A stretch of 63,946 nucleotides of DNA, the filler included, from Octopus bimaculoides (lineage: Eukaryota): NCBI RefSeq assembly GCF_001194135.2. It is 5 parts of 5 records of this genome, joined end to end, with 100 filler letters (N's around TTAATTAATTAA, not from the genome) between each part and the next. Parts side by side here need not be neighbours in the genome. Positions count along the whole stretch, not along the records: positions 1 to 19,681 come from NC_068987.1; 4 more parts are not named here. The stretch is one strand, 5' to 3'. Position 1 is the stretch's first letter. Every line of letters begins with the position of its first letter. Shown here one piece after another: positions 1-13,209 of this stretch. Under the pieces are notes generated by a model, which saw nothing but the letters and a program-made list of their open reading frames with translations, made no database searches and was not told the DNA's origin. Made by a program: the position numbers and the translations under genes.

Positions 1-204
1 TATATTCTTCTCTTCAAAACAAAAGAAAAGAAAAGACATTTGATTCATATAAATGAACAACGAAAGGCTCTGTTTTTACCATTTTAATTTTGATTTTGTC
101 TTGGCGAGTTCGAAAACGAACGAAAGCACTAATAAAGGATTATCCAAAATTCTAATTGCCTTCATTTTCTCAATATACAACATCTGTACACCATTTCTAA
201 CACT

Positions 205-239
<35 letters not shown>

Positions 240-240
240 C
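205..240. repeat. (CA)n microsatellite
   Basis: Direct dinucleotide run. Confidence 0.95.
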
Positions 241-429
241 TCACGCCCCTCCCCCACACATAGCATAACAGTTTGGACCGGGTCCGGCTAATTTGTTTTC
301 TTCGGAAACAAAGCCATGATAAGTGAGAAGAAATTTGAAAGTTATTTGAGCCTCCTTTCGTTTGTTGAGGTCACGTATTTTTTTTTTATTGCTTATGATA
401 GAGGCACCTATTTTATTGTTAGATGCACA

Positions 430-1130
430 TTTTAGAGCAGACAAGATGTTGGCTCACATTATCGGCATTGTGCAAAATGTTGTATCCAGTGGCATCAATT
501 CTTTATATTAGTTAATGCACGTAGTAGTGTAGGCAAAACGTTGGCGTGAATTAGTCAAGGAGTAATCGCTCTGTAGTGTGTGATACTTTATCGACATTTA
601 CCGCGTGGCAGTTAACAGATTTGGTGGTGTCAGCTAAGAGTAGCTTTGCAAGACTGACATATTAATAGGGGTTTTATATTTTGCCATTTTGTGGGAGATT
701 TTCAGCAAAGTGTACAATGGAATCTGGTGTGTGTGTGCGTACGTCTGATGTAGCATGACATGTGGGAAGCGATATTATTTAATCACAAGTGGTTAACCTT
801 AGTATTATGGGAATTAAAGTGTGTGTGGTATAAATGAGCTGAGAAATATATTTTAGCTAGTATAAGGAAGCTTCTAGGTACTGTCTCGTTATAGCAGGAA
901 GGTGGGGGGGGGTCCTGTAGTAGCTCACTCGGTTTACTTATATATTGAAGGTTCTTCTGCTGACGTCTGTGACTAGGCTCTGAATTACAGTTGGGACCTG
1001 AGTGAAGTTGGAGTGTCTAAATATACAAGCATTTTCCTAGTTGGGCTTTCTGTAAGGATAGTAATTGCTTGTCTCTTGTCTATACGCGATGGTTTCTCAG
1101 GACGATTACCACAGCTTACGGCCTTTTTAA
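430..1130 (-). mobile_element. Possible highly degenerate LINE ORF1 (gag-like zinc-knuckle) remnant
   Basis: Minus-strand frames give Cys/His clusters spaced like the triple CCHC knuckles of Jockey/I-group ORF1 (CQSCK..H, GKC..SH, HLVCSKMC). Many stops and frameshifts. Confidence 0.3.
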
Positions 1131-2551
1131 CACACATTCAAGTTAAGTTGGATGTGCAAATTATTATTTTATTTGTCTTCCTGTCTATCTGTCTATACAT
1201 ACATACACGCATACTTACATACATATACATATGTGCATATACATGCATACATACACACACAAACACACACATATTGACACAGACAGAATTGTATAAATAA
1301 AAACGTTAGAAAATGCGAAGAAATGTTAGACTGACTAAATTTATGTGAAGATGTTAAACTTCTTAGAGTGCTACTCTTCGAATAGAAATTGACAAAGAAA
1401 TATAAAATATATTAAATAAAGTCTTAGAATGATTCTTGAAGGTGTTGAAAATGAAATAAAATTACTATAAATAATGTTTTCGGAATAAAAGTGTTTCTCT
1501 AGAAAATTAGAACAATTTAGAATTGGTTGGCGAGTAATGGTTTGCATTAGTATTAATCTGATCGGCATAAGAGATAGTATACAATGAGGTGTTTATGGTC
1601 GGTATGAATACACTTTCCTGATGCAGCGACTAGCGTTTTAAGCAGTAAAGTAAAATAGAATATTGATGATGCCATAATTGCCATTAACATAACACTAGAC
1701 CTCACAGACTGGTCAAAAGATTTTCAGCCTTTATCACTATATATGTTAATGAGTTATATTCAAGACTATAGCAACAAGTTTAGCGTCCATTCTCTTGACG
1801 ATTGTACGTGAACTGAGGGAGATGCTACCATTCGCAATCTAATTGGAGAAGGGACAGGAACATTGGTTAATAGGTTCCCGTACATATGTACGTTCGCCAG
1901 ACACCTGACGAACGTACGGGAAAATATTAGTAGTGTTCATTCCACTCTTCGCTCTTTCGTTCCCTCTTTCTCACATTTCCTTGCTTTCTCTTCATGCTCA
2001 CTTTTCCTCCTCTTTTCACTTCACTGTGTCCCTGTCATTTTTTTCTCGCCCCTCCTTATTTCTTCTCTCCCTCTGCCTCTATTTCTCTATCTTCTCTCCC
2101 CACGTGACCCGTGTTTTGGCAAGCCTCACCTTTCTTTCTTGGTTCGGCCGCCGTCGGTGTAACATCTATATTCCTCCCTACGCCTGCGAAATCTTGTATC
2201 TCTGCCGTAAGGCTTTACTTCCACACACGCCAGCTTAATTTAATTAGTCCTTAGTCGAAACACACCTGTTGTTATGTCGTGTTATTTGTATTTGTGTAAC
2301 AGTTTCCGTTTTTTTTCCGTCCTTGTTTTCGTATATATTCGCTGCTTTCTTCCAAGGAATCTAATGCTCTTAGTTTAGTTATTGCTTGGGGCTGACCAGA
2401 TTGGAGCAATCTCGAGTATAACCAGCCGAAATTGCAAAGATAACCTGGAACTCGACTGAGGAAAGAAAATTCCGAATGACTCGGCCTTCTTTTCTTTGTA
2501 TCGTCTATCTAGAAGTTTTGCGTTCTTGTCCAATTTTGTATTTTTATATAT

Positions 2552-2584
<33 letters not shown>

Positions 2585-3080
2585 NNNNNNNNNNNNNNNN
2601 NNNNNNNNNNNNNNNNNNNNNNNNNNNNNNNNNNNNNNNNNNNNNNNNNNNNNNNNNNNNNNNNNNNNNNNNNNNNNNNNNNNNNNNNNNNNNNNNNNNN
2701 NNNNNNNNNNNNNNNNNNNNNNNNNNNNNNNNNNNNNNNNNNNNNNNNNNNNNNNNNNNNNNNNNNNNNNNNNNNNNNNNNNNNNNNNNNNNNNNNNNNN
2801 NNNNNNNNNNNNNNNNNNNNNNNNNNNNNNNNNNNNNNNNNNNNNNNNNNNNNNNNNNNNNNNNNNNNNNNNNNNNNNNNNNNNNNNNNNNNNNNNNNNN
2901 NNNNNNNNNNNNNNNNNNNNNNNNNNNNNNNNNNNNNNNNNNNNNNNNNNNNNNNNNNNNNNNNNNNNNNNNNNNNNNNNNNNNNNNNNNNNNNNNNNNN
3001 NNNNNNNNNNNNNNNNNNNNNNNNNNNNNNNNNNNNNNNNNNNNNNNNNNNNNNNNNNNNNNNNNNNNNNNNNNNNNNNN

Positions 3081-3115
<35 letters not shown>

Positions 3116-4794
3116 CATATAGCTTTGTGTGTGTGTGTCTAGATGTCTGTAAAAGAAGAGTGTTACAGGTGATATGATTTGATGTTGAGGCTGCTTGATC
3201 AGAGTTGTCCTGATGCTGTACAGCAACACTGATTCACTAACGTCGATGATTTATTTTATGATTTAACTATAAACCAAGTTTCAAAGCGTAAAATAAATTA
3301 CTTTATAATTTACTACGAGGAGTAATATCAGCAGAAACTTGACGACCGTTTTCTTAGCTCGAAAATCTAGGTTCAATCTGTCCTACGGCTATGTGTTTGT
3401 GAGGACTATGTGGTACGAGACTAAGCCGTTCTAAATACATTAACTTGTTGACAATGTTTTCAAATACGTCCATTACAATTAATTATGTGAATGATTTTCT
3501 CTGCCATTATCTATCCAATCATTAGATCTTAAGTCAACGCTGACATACTCCATGTTTATTATGTTAACATCAACAAGATGTCCGGTGTGGAGTTATTGAA
3601 AAAAACAATAATATATAAAATGGTTGTTACTGCTTCAGGCTTTTCTCTTTACTAAATTTATAAAATCAATCAATGATATTACAAGTCACTCTGTCTTATA
3701 AAGCAGGCGCTAAGACTACCGAATCTTTAGTTAGTGAGAAAAGATTGATTTTCCTGTAAATAGGACTCCTGTTTAAATTTGTCAAATAACACTTAGATGA
3801 CTTGTGGTAATTTAATGTTACATCTTCAGTCACTATTTGGTTGAGAAGGTTAACACTGCACACAATGCACTTACATATCCTGACCAAAACCTATGGCATA
3901 TTCGGATATTTTGTCACTCCTCCGAGACCCAATTACAACTATAGAAAGCTAGTAGAGGAGCAAACAGATTTGATTCACTGAAAGTAGTGTCATTTATAAG
4001 CGAATACAAAGATTTAGTTGTTGCCGTTCTATCTGAGATAATAACAATATAACCGCTTCACACTTCTAGCAAATATGTGGGTTGCTGATATATGTTGAAT
4101 AAAACATGAAACCGAGACACAAAGTCTTTTACAGTGAAATCCTATCCATTTAGAAAATACAAGATGAATCAAACAATTAGTAGATAAGAGTTCCATTAAT
4201 CCTATATGCAAGAGTTTTTGTTTGTTTGATGCAAGATATATCACAACATGAATATTAATATTGTTGATAGATATATATTATTCACAAATAGAAATACTTT
4301 ATGTGAATCATCGTATTGCATGAAATAGTTGACATCTCCCACATACGATAGATTTTCATATTTTGGCAGAGAATGCTTTCAGATATTTGTTACTGTAAAA
4401 ATGTCTTATTCAAGTTAGAATTTCAAATGTTTGGCATTTCAACAATACTAAATATAATGCGACCTTTCCGTATCTTTGTCACATGTTGAAACACTTTCTA
4501 GGAATGGTGTCCCTTCTTTTATCAGTATCTAGTCGCCGAACAACCGCACTGATTTTCTTGACAAACGTTATATTCTTGTGGAATATTCGTGGAAGAACAC
4601 AAAAGTGGTTTCCAGTTATCATTATTCATATATGGTACCAACTTGTCGGGTAAATATAGACACACTCATCATACCTGCCTGGGTAATTAAAACGTATAAG
4701 TCCGGAACGAATATCACAATTTGTCCAACTTACTAAGACTTCCGTCAATCTAAGGGTCTATACTGATACACTATATTATCGATCCCTGATCATG

Positions 4795-6485
4795 AAAGCA
4801 ACGTTGTCCACAGAGCGATCTGAATTCAGACTTTAAAGAACCAGAACAAGTTGTGAAAGACGTTTGCTCCGATGTTCTAACTAACTATTCTGCCAATTCA
4901 CCATTTAGTGAGTGATGACGATCATTGAAATTGAGGCCAATACATGACTGGCACTTTATGAAGTGCAGAAAGTCGAAAAGTGAAATGGACATCTGAAAGA
5001 AGTGGACTATGTGATTAACTTTGACTCTAGGAGATATCTAAATAATTCATAGTTAATACAGTCTTCAGTAACGACGATTCTTTTTATGACAAACGCAAGG
5101 TCTTATATTTAGAGATGGATTTAGTCGATTATATCTATCGCAATACTAGTTTACTCTATATTTTATGTGACTAACTATGAAAAAATATTTAATTTACCCC
5201 TAGGAGATATCTAAACAATACAAAATATTTAGTACTCTAATTTACTGTTAAGACAGTTTTCAATAATCGCGATTTTCATGACAGACATCAGCTCTTGCAT
5301 TCGGACAAGATACTTTTTAACTATATATTTCATGAACTTGGCAACGATGTGGAATTTAACTTAGACGTAAAGAAACGTTGACCCTGCAGAAAATGATGTT
5401 GCTCACCGATATCACGATTATACCAACCGATATCCTTAATAACAATGATAATAGATTCTGATTTATGTAAAAGTCAACCACTTTGAGGACGTGGCATCCA
5501 AGTCCTTGACAGGTATATTATACTATCGAATCTGCAAGAATGAAAGGCAAAGCTGATAAAGGATGCTTTTGAAGTCAGAAAGTAAAGAGCCAGAAGAAAG
5601 TTGACGCTGTAATGTGTGTGTCAAACAATGACCTACCTTAATGGTGTTAATAATAATAATGATGATCATAATCACCATAATAGTAATTATTCCAAATTTT
5701 GGCACAAGGCCAGCAATTTTAGGGGTAGAGGCTTAGTCGATATCGACCCCAGTGCTTCGCTGGCTCTTATTGACACCGAAAGGATAAAAAGCACATCTGA
5801 CCTTGGTCGAATTTGAAATCAGGTCGTAGAGAGTCGAAAGAAAAGCTGCTAAGCATTTTGCCCTACGTGTTAGCGATTCTGCCTGCTAACTACATTTAAA
5901 TATAAATAATGACGATAGTAATTCTTTCTACTGCAGGCACAAGGCCCGAAGTTTTGTGATGTGGGGATAGTAGAGTATATTGGTAGTAGAATATATTGCT
6001 ATACTGGTTCTTAGAAAACGTGAAAGGCAAAGTCGACCTTGGTGTCATTTGACTCAGAACGTAAAGCCGGCAGAAAAGCCGCGAAACATTTTGCCCTATG
6101 TGCTAACAATTTCTCCATCATCTCGACGCATAAATGATGAGAATAATAATAAATAAATTATCTCTGATTGCTAAGTCACATTTCAACAAAGTGGAATCCG
6201 CTAGAGCTTTCAAAGGTTAAATTAATAAATTCTTAACCAGCCGACGGATTGCGTCGACCTCTAAGTAAGCTACGGCGGATTTGAACTGAGAATGCAAAGT
6301 GCCGAAAATACAGAGGCATATTCTATGACTTTCTAAAATTTCCACCAATCCACTACACTAACCCCCTACTTTATTTATTAGTCTCGGATAAAGTGAAAAG
6401 CTAAGTTAACTTCAATAAGATTTGAAAGGGGAACACAATAAATACTGCAAGGCATTTCGTTAGTCACTCTAACAATTCAGCCAAT
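4795..6485 (-). mobile_element. Cluster of co-oriented SINE family A copies (about 4795-4905, 5330-5400, 5530-5600, 5690-5890, 5925-6120, 6265-6350, 6365-6485)
   Basis: Repeated motif AAAGGCAAAGTCGACC..ATTTGAACTCAGAAC..GCTAAGCATTT..GTGCTAACGATTCTGCC, separated by AAT-rich spacers. Confidence 0.85.
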
Positions 6486-7047
6486 ACAACACCATAATTT
6501 GGATTCTGTCGTGATATGAGATTCCATAATCCATACAATTACTTCATAAAAGTGTCTGCGGAAGCTTTCAATAAATCCAATTGCTTTGAGGTGTTGCAAC
6601 CATAGTGACGACATTCTTTCTGTCTTCTTCTCTTCCACACAAAGGACACGAACCTTAAACATTAGATACATCACTCGTCACACCAAATGTTTTCTATACA
6701 TTTAGTTATTCTTCTGAAGTTCTACAATGTCTCATATATTTAAATACGTCTTTTGATGTTTTAAGTTCTAAACCATTTGAGGTCGAGTTTGCTTTTCATC
6801 CGTAATACTTGGATGCATTAAATCGACATATACTCCCTCAAAACAAATTTAGACCTGGTCTCTTGCCAATCTTTAGAAATTTTAATTATCAACATTAGAA
6901 GAAACTGTAAATGTTTAGCCATCGCTGAAATCCAGTTGTGGTCGATTTTTGTCTTTTATTCCTCCTATATCAACAAAACAAATACTTACAAAGTAATGGT
7001 ATCTGCTCCTTGCATCTAAAGTGTTGCTGCCATATATGATAGAAAAC

Positions 7048-7360
7048 ATTATTATTATTGAGAGAGAGAGCAGTGCATGCCATCAATGTGACACTGTGGT
7101 AAAATGTACGAAGCCAAGTATATCTATCATAACCACCTATCTGATAAGGGTACACCAGGCACATGCATCACAACCATATGTGCGCGACATAGTAATCTCA
7201 TATCAAGATAAGCAGCGCATGACCTTGCAGGTAGGGGCCCAGTTAGAATGTTTTTCAGGTCGAGTAGCCTATTCCGCTCAAAATGTCCCTAAATAGAGTT
7301 TGTTCAAGGGTGTTGAACGAAACAACCATGTTCCCAGAGGTGAATTATTCAAACCAATGG
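7048..7360 (-). mobile_element. 3' end of a retroposon (probably LINE 3' UTR) with (AAT)n tail
   Basis: Minus strand ends ...CACTGCTCTCTCTCTCAATAATAATAAT. The body matches an abundant octopus repeat recalled from memory; family not verified. Confidence 0.5.
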
Positions 7361-7553
7361 AGTACTCAGTAATTTTCGGAAACTTCTTCTGGTGTATATC
7401 TACAGCATCTCATATCTGTTGCGATTTCATATCTGTCCTATCTGCGAATATATTCTTACTTGCTTAAGACTGAACAGTTAGAGATAATTTATTCGTTATT
7501 CGAGCTGGCACAACTGTTTGCGCGCTGGGCAAAATGCTTTCAAACCATTATTC

Positions 7554-7750
7554 GGCAAGCTGGCAGGATCGTTAGCACGCCGAGCAAAATGCTTTGTGGC
7601 ATTTCTTCTGGCTTTACGTTCTGATTCAAATGTCACCAAGGTCGACTTTGCCATTTACATTTTCTAAGAAAGAAATTTAGCACTGGGCTTAATATGCTCT
7701 ACTATCCTCTCCCCATAAAATTTCAGGCCTTGTGCCTTAGGTGGAAAGGA
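7554..7750 (+). mobile_element. SINE family A copy (second degenerate copy at about 7790-7900)
   Basis: GGCAAGCTGGCAGGATCGTTAGCACGCC head; GTCGACTTTGCC core; GGCCTTGTGCC 3' part. Confidence 0.85.
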
Positions 7751-7987
7751 TTCTTTTTGTCACCATTTATAGAGTAAAGCAAGGAAAATCAATAGTAGGT
7801 CGTTCGAAATGCTTAGCGGCTTTACTTCTGAATCTCTACCACCTGAGTTCAAATTCCACAAATGTCGGCCGTGCTATTTCATCATTTCGAGTCAGATTTC
7901 TGCATTGAGGATCCTTATCCTTGCCAGTCTCAAAGGGTTTGGAGAGGGTTCCTGGGCACAGCTTTCTCTCTTGACTTAATATACCCG

Positions 7988-8003
7988 CCTGTCTGTCTGA
8001 CTG

Positions 8004-8044
<41 letters not shown>

Positions 8045-8070
8045 ATGTATGTATATATGTATGTATGTAT
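7988..8070. repeat. (TCTG)n/(TATG)n compound microsatellite
   Basis: Direct repeats. Confidence 0.95.
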
Positions 8071-8461
8071 GGACACATACTCGCACACGGAGATACACTC
8101 ACACATATACATATATAAGACCACATAGTCCTTAGACATAATGGAGGAAACACACACAACGTTGGTAAGCTGAAAAACAGCGAAAATTCGGTACCGGTCA
8201 GTTGAACGATTTTTCTTCTAGTACATATTCTCTGTAGTCTTCGACATGCACTAGGGGTTATTCACGAAATCCTCTTTCTATGAGCAAACCTACAAGTAAT
8301 ATGGGATCTTTTTCTCTTTCTTCCTTTTTTTTTATGTAGTGTGTTCTAAGTATGTAAAACTTATCTTAAAAGATACGCTAATATATTTTCAGTAAAACTC
8401 TTATTCGAAAACATTTGTTATGTGAAAACATAGTTTTGTATTATTAAATTGACCCCTAAAG

Positions 8462-8665
8462 TGACGAGCTGGTAGAATCGTTAACAAGTCAGATAAAGTG
8501 CTTAGTGGCATTTCTTCCTGCTTCTTACGTTCTGACTTTTATTTTCCCCGAGGTCAACTTAACCTAACATCCTTTCGGAGTCGATAAAATAAGCACTAGT
8601 TGAATACTGGAGATGTTGTAATCACTGCCTTAAAACTGCTGGTCTTTTGTCAAAGTTTGAAACAG
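8462..8665 (+). mobile_element. SINE family A copy
   Basis: GAGCTGGTAGAATCGTTA head; CGAGGTCAACTT; GTCGATAAAATAAGCACTAG core; tail GTCAAAGTTTGAAAC. Confidence 0.85.
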
Positions 8666-8674
8666 TTATTTAAT

Positions 8675-8760
8675 TGACACCAGAAATATGAAAGGTTAAG
8701 TCGACCTCGGTGAGATTCGAATTTAGAACATAAAAATCCGTAACTAAATTCTGCAAAGCA
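8675..8760 (-). mobile_element. SINE family A fragment inverted relative to 8462-8665
   Basis: TGAAAGGTTAAGTCGACCTCGGTGAGATTCGAATTTAGAAC is the reverse complement of the family A core. Confidence 0.75.
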
Positions 8761-8867
8761 TTTATTTCGATGTTTTGTTGAACCTGAAACCTGAAAGGAA
8801 ATAAAAGCGTAATGATGGCGTTTGCATCACACAAACACGCAGACTTACAGAGACACAGAGACATGTT

Positions 8868-8869
<2 letters not shown>

Positions 8870-8940
<71 letters not shown>

Positions 8941-8970
8941 GACAGAAGAGAGAGAGAGAGAGAGAGAGGT
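8870..8970. repeat. (GA)n/(CAGA)n microsatellite
   Basis: Direct repeats. Confidence 0.95.
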
Positions 8971-9314
8971 ATAAAGAATGAGAGCAAGAGAAAAGAGAGA
9001 AGAGAGATGACAGGAAGATATACGCGTTGTAAAGGAAATAATAAAAGTATAAAGAAGGGGAAATTGCAAATAGCTGGAGGAGAAATGTACACATAAGTGA
9101 CTGAAAGAACAGATAGTCTGACAGAAAGATAGCTAGATAGAAGACAGATACTGTGCATGAGATAAACAGACATAGACAGAAGAACAAAGGAGGAACCGGC
9201 AATGAAAGCCGGCGAGAAGATGAACGCACACATACACACATATAAAATGATACACCACACACAGACGCATGCATACTTGCGTAATACACACACATACATA
9301 CATACAAATAATCT

Positions 9315-9515
9315 TTCTAATTTTTGGCACAAAGCCAACGATTTTAAAGGGATGGGGAAGTCGACTGCATCGACCCCTCTGCTCAACTGGTGCTTTATTT
9401 CATCGACTTCGAAAGGATGAAAGGCAAAGTCGACCTTAGCGGCATTTGAACTCAGAATGTAAAGTGCCGGAAGAAATGCTACTAAGCATTTTGTCCGACG
9501 TGCTAATAATCCTGC
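9315..9515 (-). mobile_element. SINE family A copy, near complete
   Basis: GGATGAAAGGCAAAGTCGACCTTAGCGGCATTTGAACTCAGAATGTAAAG...GTGCTAATAATCCTGCCAGCTC. Confidence 0.9.
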
Positions 9516-9949
9516 CAGCTCACCAACTTATACCAACCTATCTACCTACACACACATACGCAAATATGTGTATATACATATACATACATACATACATACA
9601 TACATCTCCGTCGTTGGAGCAAGATAATTCAGTTGTTTTATTAACTTTATTATCTGCTCCTGAATTAACCCGAATGAGGCTGAGCATGGGGCAAAGACGA
9701 GTACCTTAAACATAATTCTGTGGTAGAATCAGCGTGACAGAATGTGTGACCAGGCTGGTCCTTTTAAATAACGAATACATTCCATTCGATGGAATTTTAT
9801 ACAGTTTTTGTCTACGAAGTTTTATTCGAATGATATTAATCAAATGGAGGCTTAGAAAGTGACGATCGCGCAAGATACAACGCAGTGCGACCGAACCGGT
9901 GACCTCATGTTTGTGAATAAACTCCAGCTATATTGTGGTTATACGTTCA

Positions 9950-9959
9950 CGCACGCACG

Positions 9960-10004
<45 letters not shown>

Positions 10005-10023
10005 ACACACGCACACGCACGAG

Positions 10024-10082
<59 letters not shown>

Positions 10083-10085
10083 ATC
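9950..10085. repeat. (CA)n + (TCTA)n compound microsatellite
   Basis: Direct repeats. Confidence 0.95.
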
Positions 10086-10669
10086 TAAGTGTATATTGAT
10101 CGATATACATTTAGAAAGTTAGAAGGTGACGGCAAGGTCAGATGATTAGAGACAAATAGAGAGGAAAAGCAAAGAAAACTGACGCGAATGGACTATACAT
10201 GCATATAAACACACACACACATACATATACACATAGAAAGACAAAAATGAGAAGAGGTGAGAGAACGACTGAGAGAAGAGAGAGAGAAAAAAAGGAAAGA
10301 GAGAGAATTGCGAAAGAAAGAGAAGGAAACGCTGGGAGCGATTTTCGTATCACGTTGTGTTTACAGATTGAATGTAAAAAGATACGACCGAACTGACAGA
10401 GGACTGAAAATGGCGCTATGCCATTACTAAAGACAGCAAAATTGAGAAGTAGAAGAATCTATGCTTGAGGTTCTTTAAATTTTTTTGTGTCACATTACAG
10501 CCAGTAAGTTACATCTGCTGATTCTCCTTCGGGCATTCTTTTAACTTTAGTCAGACATAGTAGGGTAAAAAACAACTGTGCTTGCATTATAACAAAATTT
10601 TGTGAACAAGTTGGGAGTGAGTACTGTTACTTTTATGAATCAATCTCTGCATATTTAATCATTATTGAG

Positions 10670-10938
10670 ATATCATTGTTCGTATGAACTTGTGGTGAAA
10701 ACGTTCGTTTCGCAACCGTATTTCGGGGATCTCAGAAGCAGATTTGCTGAGCTCCTCACAAAATTTGATGCAGGTATGTTAAGCTTTTCTAACAAAGATA
10801 CAAAATCTTGTCTCGCAACTGAACACGTGTTTGATAACAAGAAACTAATTGTTAACTGACTATCTATGATCGTCAGCTGTGTACGCGTTTCCATTAAACT
10901 GGATACTCCCACCATATACCCATTGGAAATATTCTTAA
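10670..10938 (+). other. Candidate exon pair (10670-10773 and 10877-10938), unverified
   Basis: Open frame YHCSYELVVKTFVSQPYFGDLRSRFAELLTKFDA ends at donor CAG|GTATGT. A 103-nt intron to TCAG| continues in frame as AVYAFPLNWILPPYTHWKYS-stop. No homology recognised; acceptors are weak. Confidence 0.2.
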
Positions 10939-11799
10939 AACACCTCGAATAACTAGCAAAACAAATAGACATATCGGTGCTGAGGTAAGAGATATGAAGC
11001 CGACAGAAGCTGGCCAGATGGATCACATTTGGTATTGTATGTCAGGTATAATCTTTCAATGCCAATATTACCTTCTTGTCCTTCGCTACCTTTAAGCTGG
11101 GTTCCAAGTATCCTTAGTCTTAATCTTTGCAAAGAATATGGACGTTACTTTTCCTTCTCAAAAGCAAACCTAGAACAAAAATAAAAATGATATTGTTTTT
11201 ATTTCAAAATACTATAAAATATTTTCAAACGAGAGGTACCCGTAAATTTTGATTTCGTTTTCAACTAATGTTATTATTTCTTTAAATCTAGTCCTCTCTC
11301 TTTATCATCTTTTTGGTTAAGAGATTTTAGAATGTGAATGGAAAATTTCGTCACCATAGATACTATGTCTTATACTAGAATTCAATTTGAACTAATGAAG
11401 GAAATATTACGTTGTCGCTCCACCTCCTAGGAATAACAGTGATATCTCCCAAATCTTAAAGAATGTGAAGCAATACTCGATCACATAACACTAGTTACAA
11501 TCTGACTCACGTAGTGGACACTGACATTAGTTGAATTAATTTCTCGGTCAGGAATGAATGGGCTTAAAAGAACAGTTATAGAATAATAGAATAAACTTTC
11601 AGTATAAATATGCAGTGTATACACACACACATACATATGTGCCTGTTCAAGTATCATAATAGCATGAAACAATTAATAGCTCTTTCGATTATATATTTAA
11701 TTATATATGTATTTATACATGTATGCTTATATATGTAAAACCACCCACACCCACACACCCACTCATATCTACACACACACGCACATTCTAGAATTTTCC

Positions 11800-12045
11800 A
11801 TTTGGTTCTATGTGGTGTGGAGTTGATCTTCAAACCCCATATACGCAGAGCCAACTGACTGGTTTTATTTCTTTTGTCCATGTGACGGAAAGGATATAGG
11901 TGGTTTGGACAGCATCTCTTTTGAAGTCGCATTCGCATGATTCCATGTGATTCTTCTTTGTGGTTAGGCTTCCATATAGCACTGCTGTAACATCTGCCTT
12001 ATATACGACGCAGTGCATCATGCGCACCTGGTCAGTCGGGTAAGC
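11800..12045 (-). mobile_element. RTE-clade LINE ORF2 fragment (region C-terminal to RT)
   Basis: VYKADVTAVLYGSLTTKKNH..E..F.RC resembles the RTE motif VYKAVVLxxLLYGSETWT..H...LE.FHQRC. Frameshifted. Confidence 0.6.
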
Positions 12046-13209
12046 TCATTTATATATATATATATATATATATNNNNNNNNNNNNNNNNNNNNNNNNNNN
12101 NNNNNNNNNNNNNNNNNNNNNNNNNNNNNNNNNNNNNNNNNNNNNNNNNNNNNNNNNNNNNNNNNNNNNNNNNNNNNNNNNNNNNNNNNNNNNNNNNNNN
12201 NNNNNNNNNNNNNNNNNNNNNNNNNNNNNNNNNNNNNNNNNNNNNNNNNNNNNNNNNNNNNNNNNNNNNNNNNNNNNNNNNNNNNNNNNNNNNNNNNNNN
12301 NNNNNNNNNNNNNNNNNNNNNNNNNNNNNNNNNNNNNNNNNNNNNNNNNNNNNNNNNNNNNNNNNNNNNNNNNNNNNNNNNNNNNNNNNNNNNNNNNNNN
12401 NNNNNNNNNNNNNNNNNNNNNNNNNNNNNNNNNNNNNNNNNNNNNNNNNNNNNNNNNNNNNNNNNNNNNNNNNNNNNNNNNNNNNNNNNNNNNNNNNNNN
12501 NNNNNNNNNNNNNNNNNNNNNNNNNNNNNNNNNNNNNNNNNNNNNNNNNNNNNNNNNNNNNNNNNNNNNNNNNNNNNNNNNNNNNNNNNNNNNNNNNNNN
12601 NNNNNNNNNNNNNNNNNNNNNNNNNNNNNNNNNNNNNNNNNNNNNNNNNNNNNNNNNNNNNNNNNNNNNNNNNNNNNNNNNNNNNNNNNNNNNNNNNNNN
12701 NNNNNNNNNNNNNNNNNNNNNNNNNNNNNNNNNNNNNNNNNNNNNNNNNNNNNNNNNNNNNNNNNNNNNNTATATATTTATATATATATGTATGTTTTTG
12801 TATATATATATATATATATGACTGTATGTGTGTACATACAAACATACAAGTATAAATGTATGTTTATAATGATACGTTTCAGTTGCAACACGTTATTCAT
12901 ATTCTGACTTTAATTAAAACAAGCTACGAATCTGCTGTTCATCTTGCTAAATTTGATGTCATTGTTAAATGATGACTGGTAGCAGAATTGATAGATTATT
13001 ATTAACTATCTATGAGAGACAAGCAATATTTATGGATAACTTTTTAATAATACGACACTGTGAGCAAAATTGTATTTCGAATAAGAGAACTTGTATTTCG
13101 GATTAGAAATATACTGACAAGGCCATCTGGTTGCCTCGGCACTTGAGGTAGCGGAAATGTATCTCTCCGCAAGCGATATAAACAAGAACGCATTTTGCAC
13201 CAAAACGTG

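Noticed and set aside
1905-1925. CTGACGA...GAAA as a hammerhead; also CTGAGGA..GAAT at about 2455-2480 and GAAAC..CTGATGA on the minus strand at about 52080-52110
   Set aside because: Stem II closing pair or stem I/III partners are missing; too degenerate to call.
4795-6485. CRISPR-like repeat-spacer array
   Set aside because: Units are 100-200-bp diverged SINEs with irregular spacing in a eukaryotic context; no cas genes.
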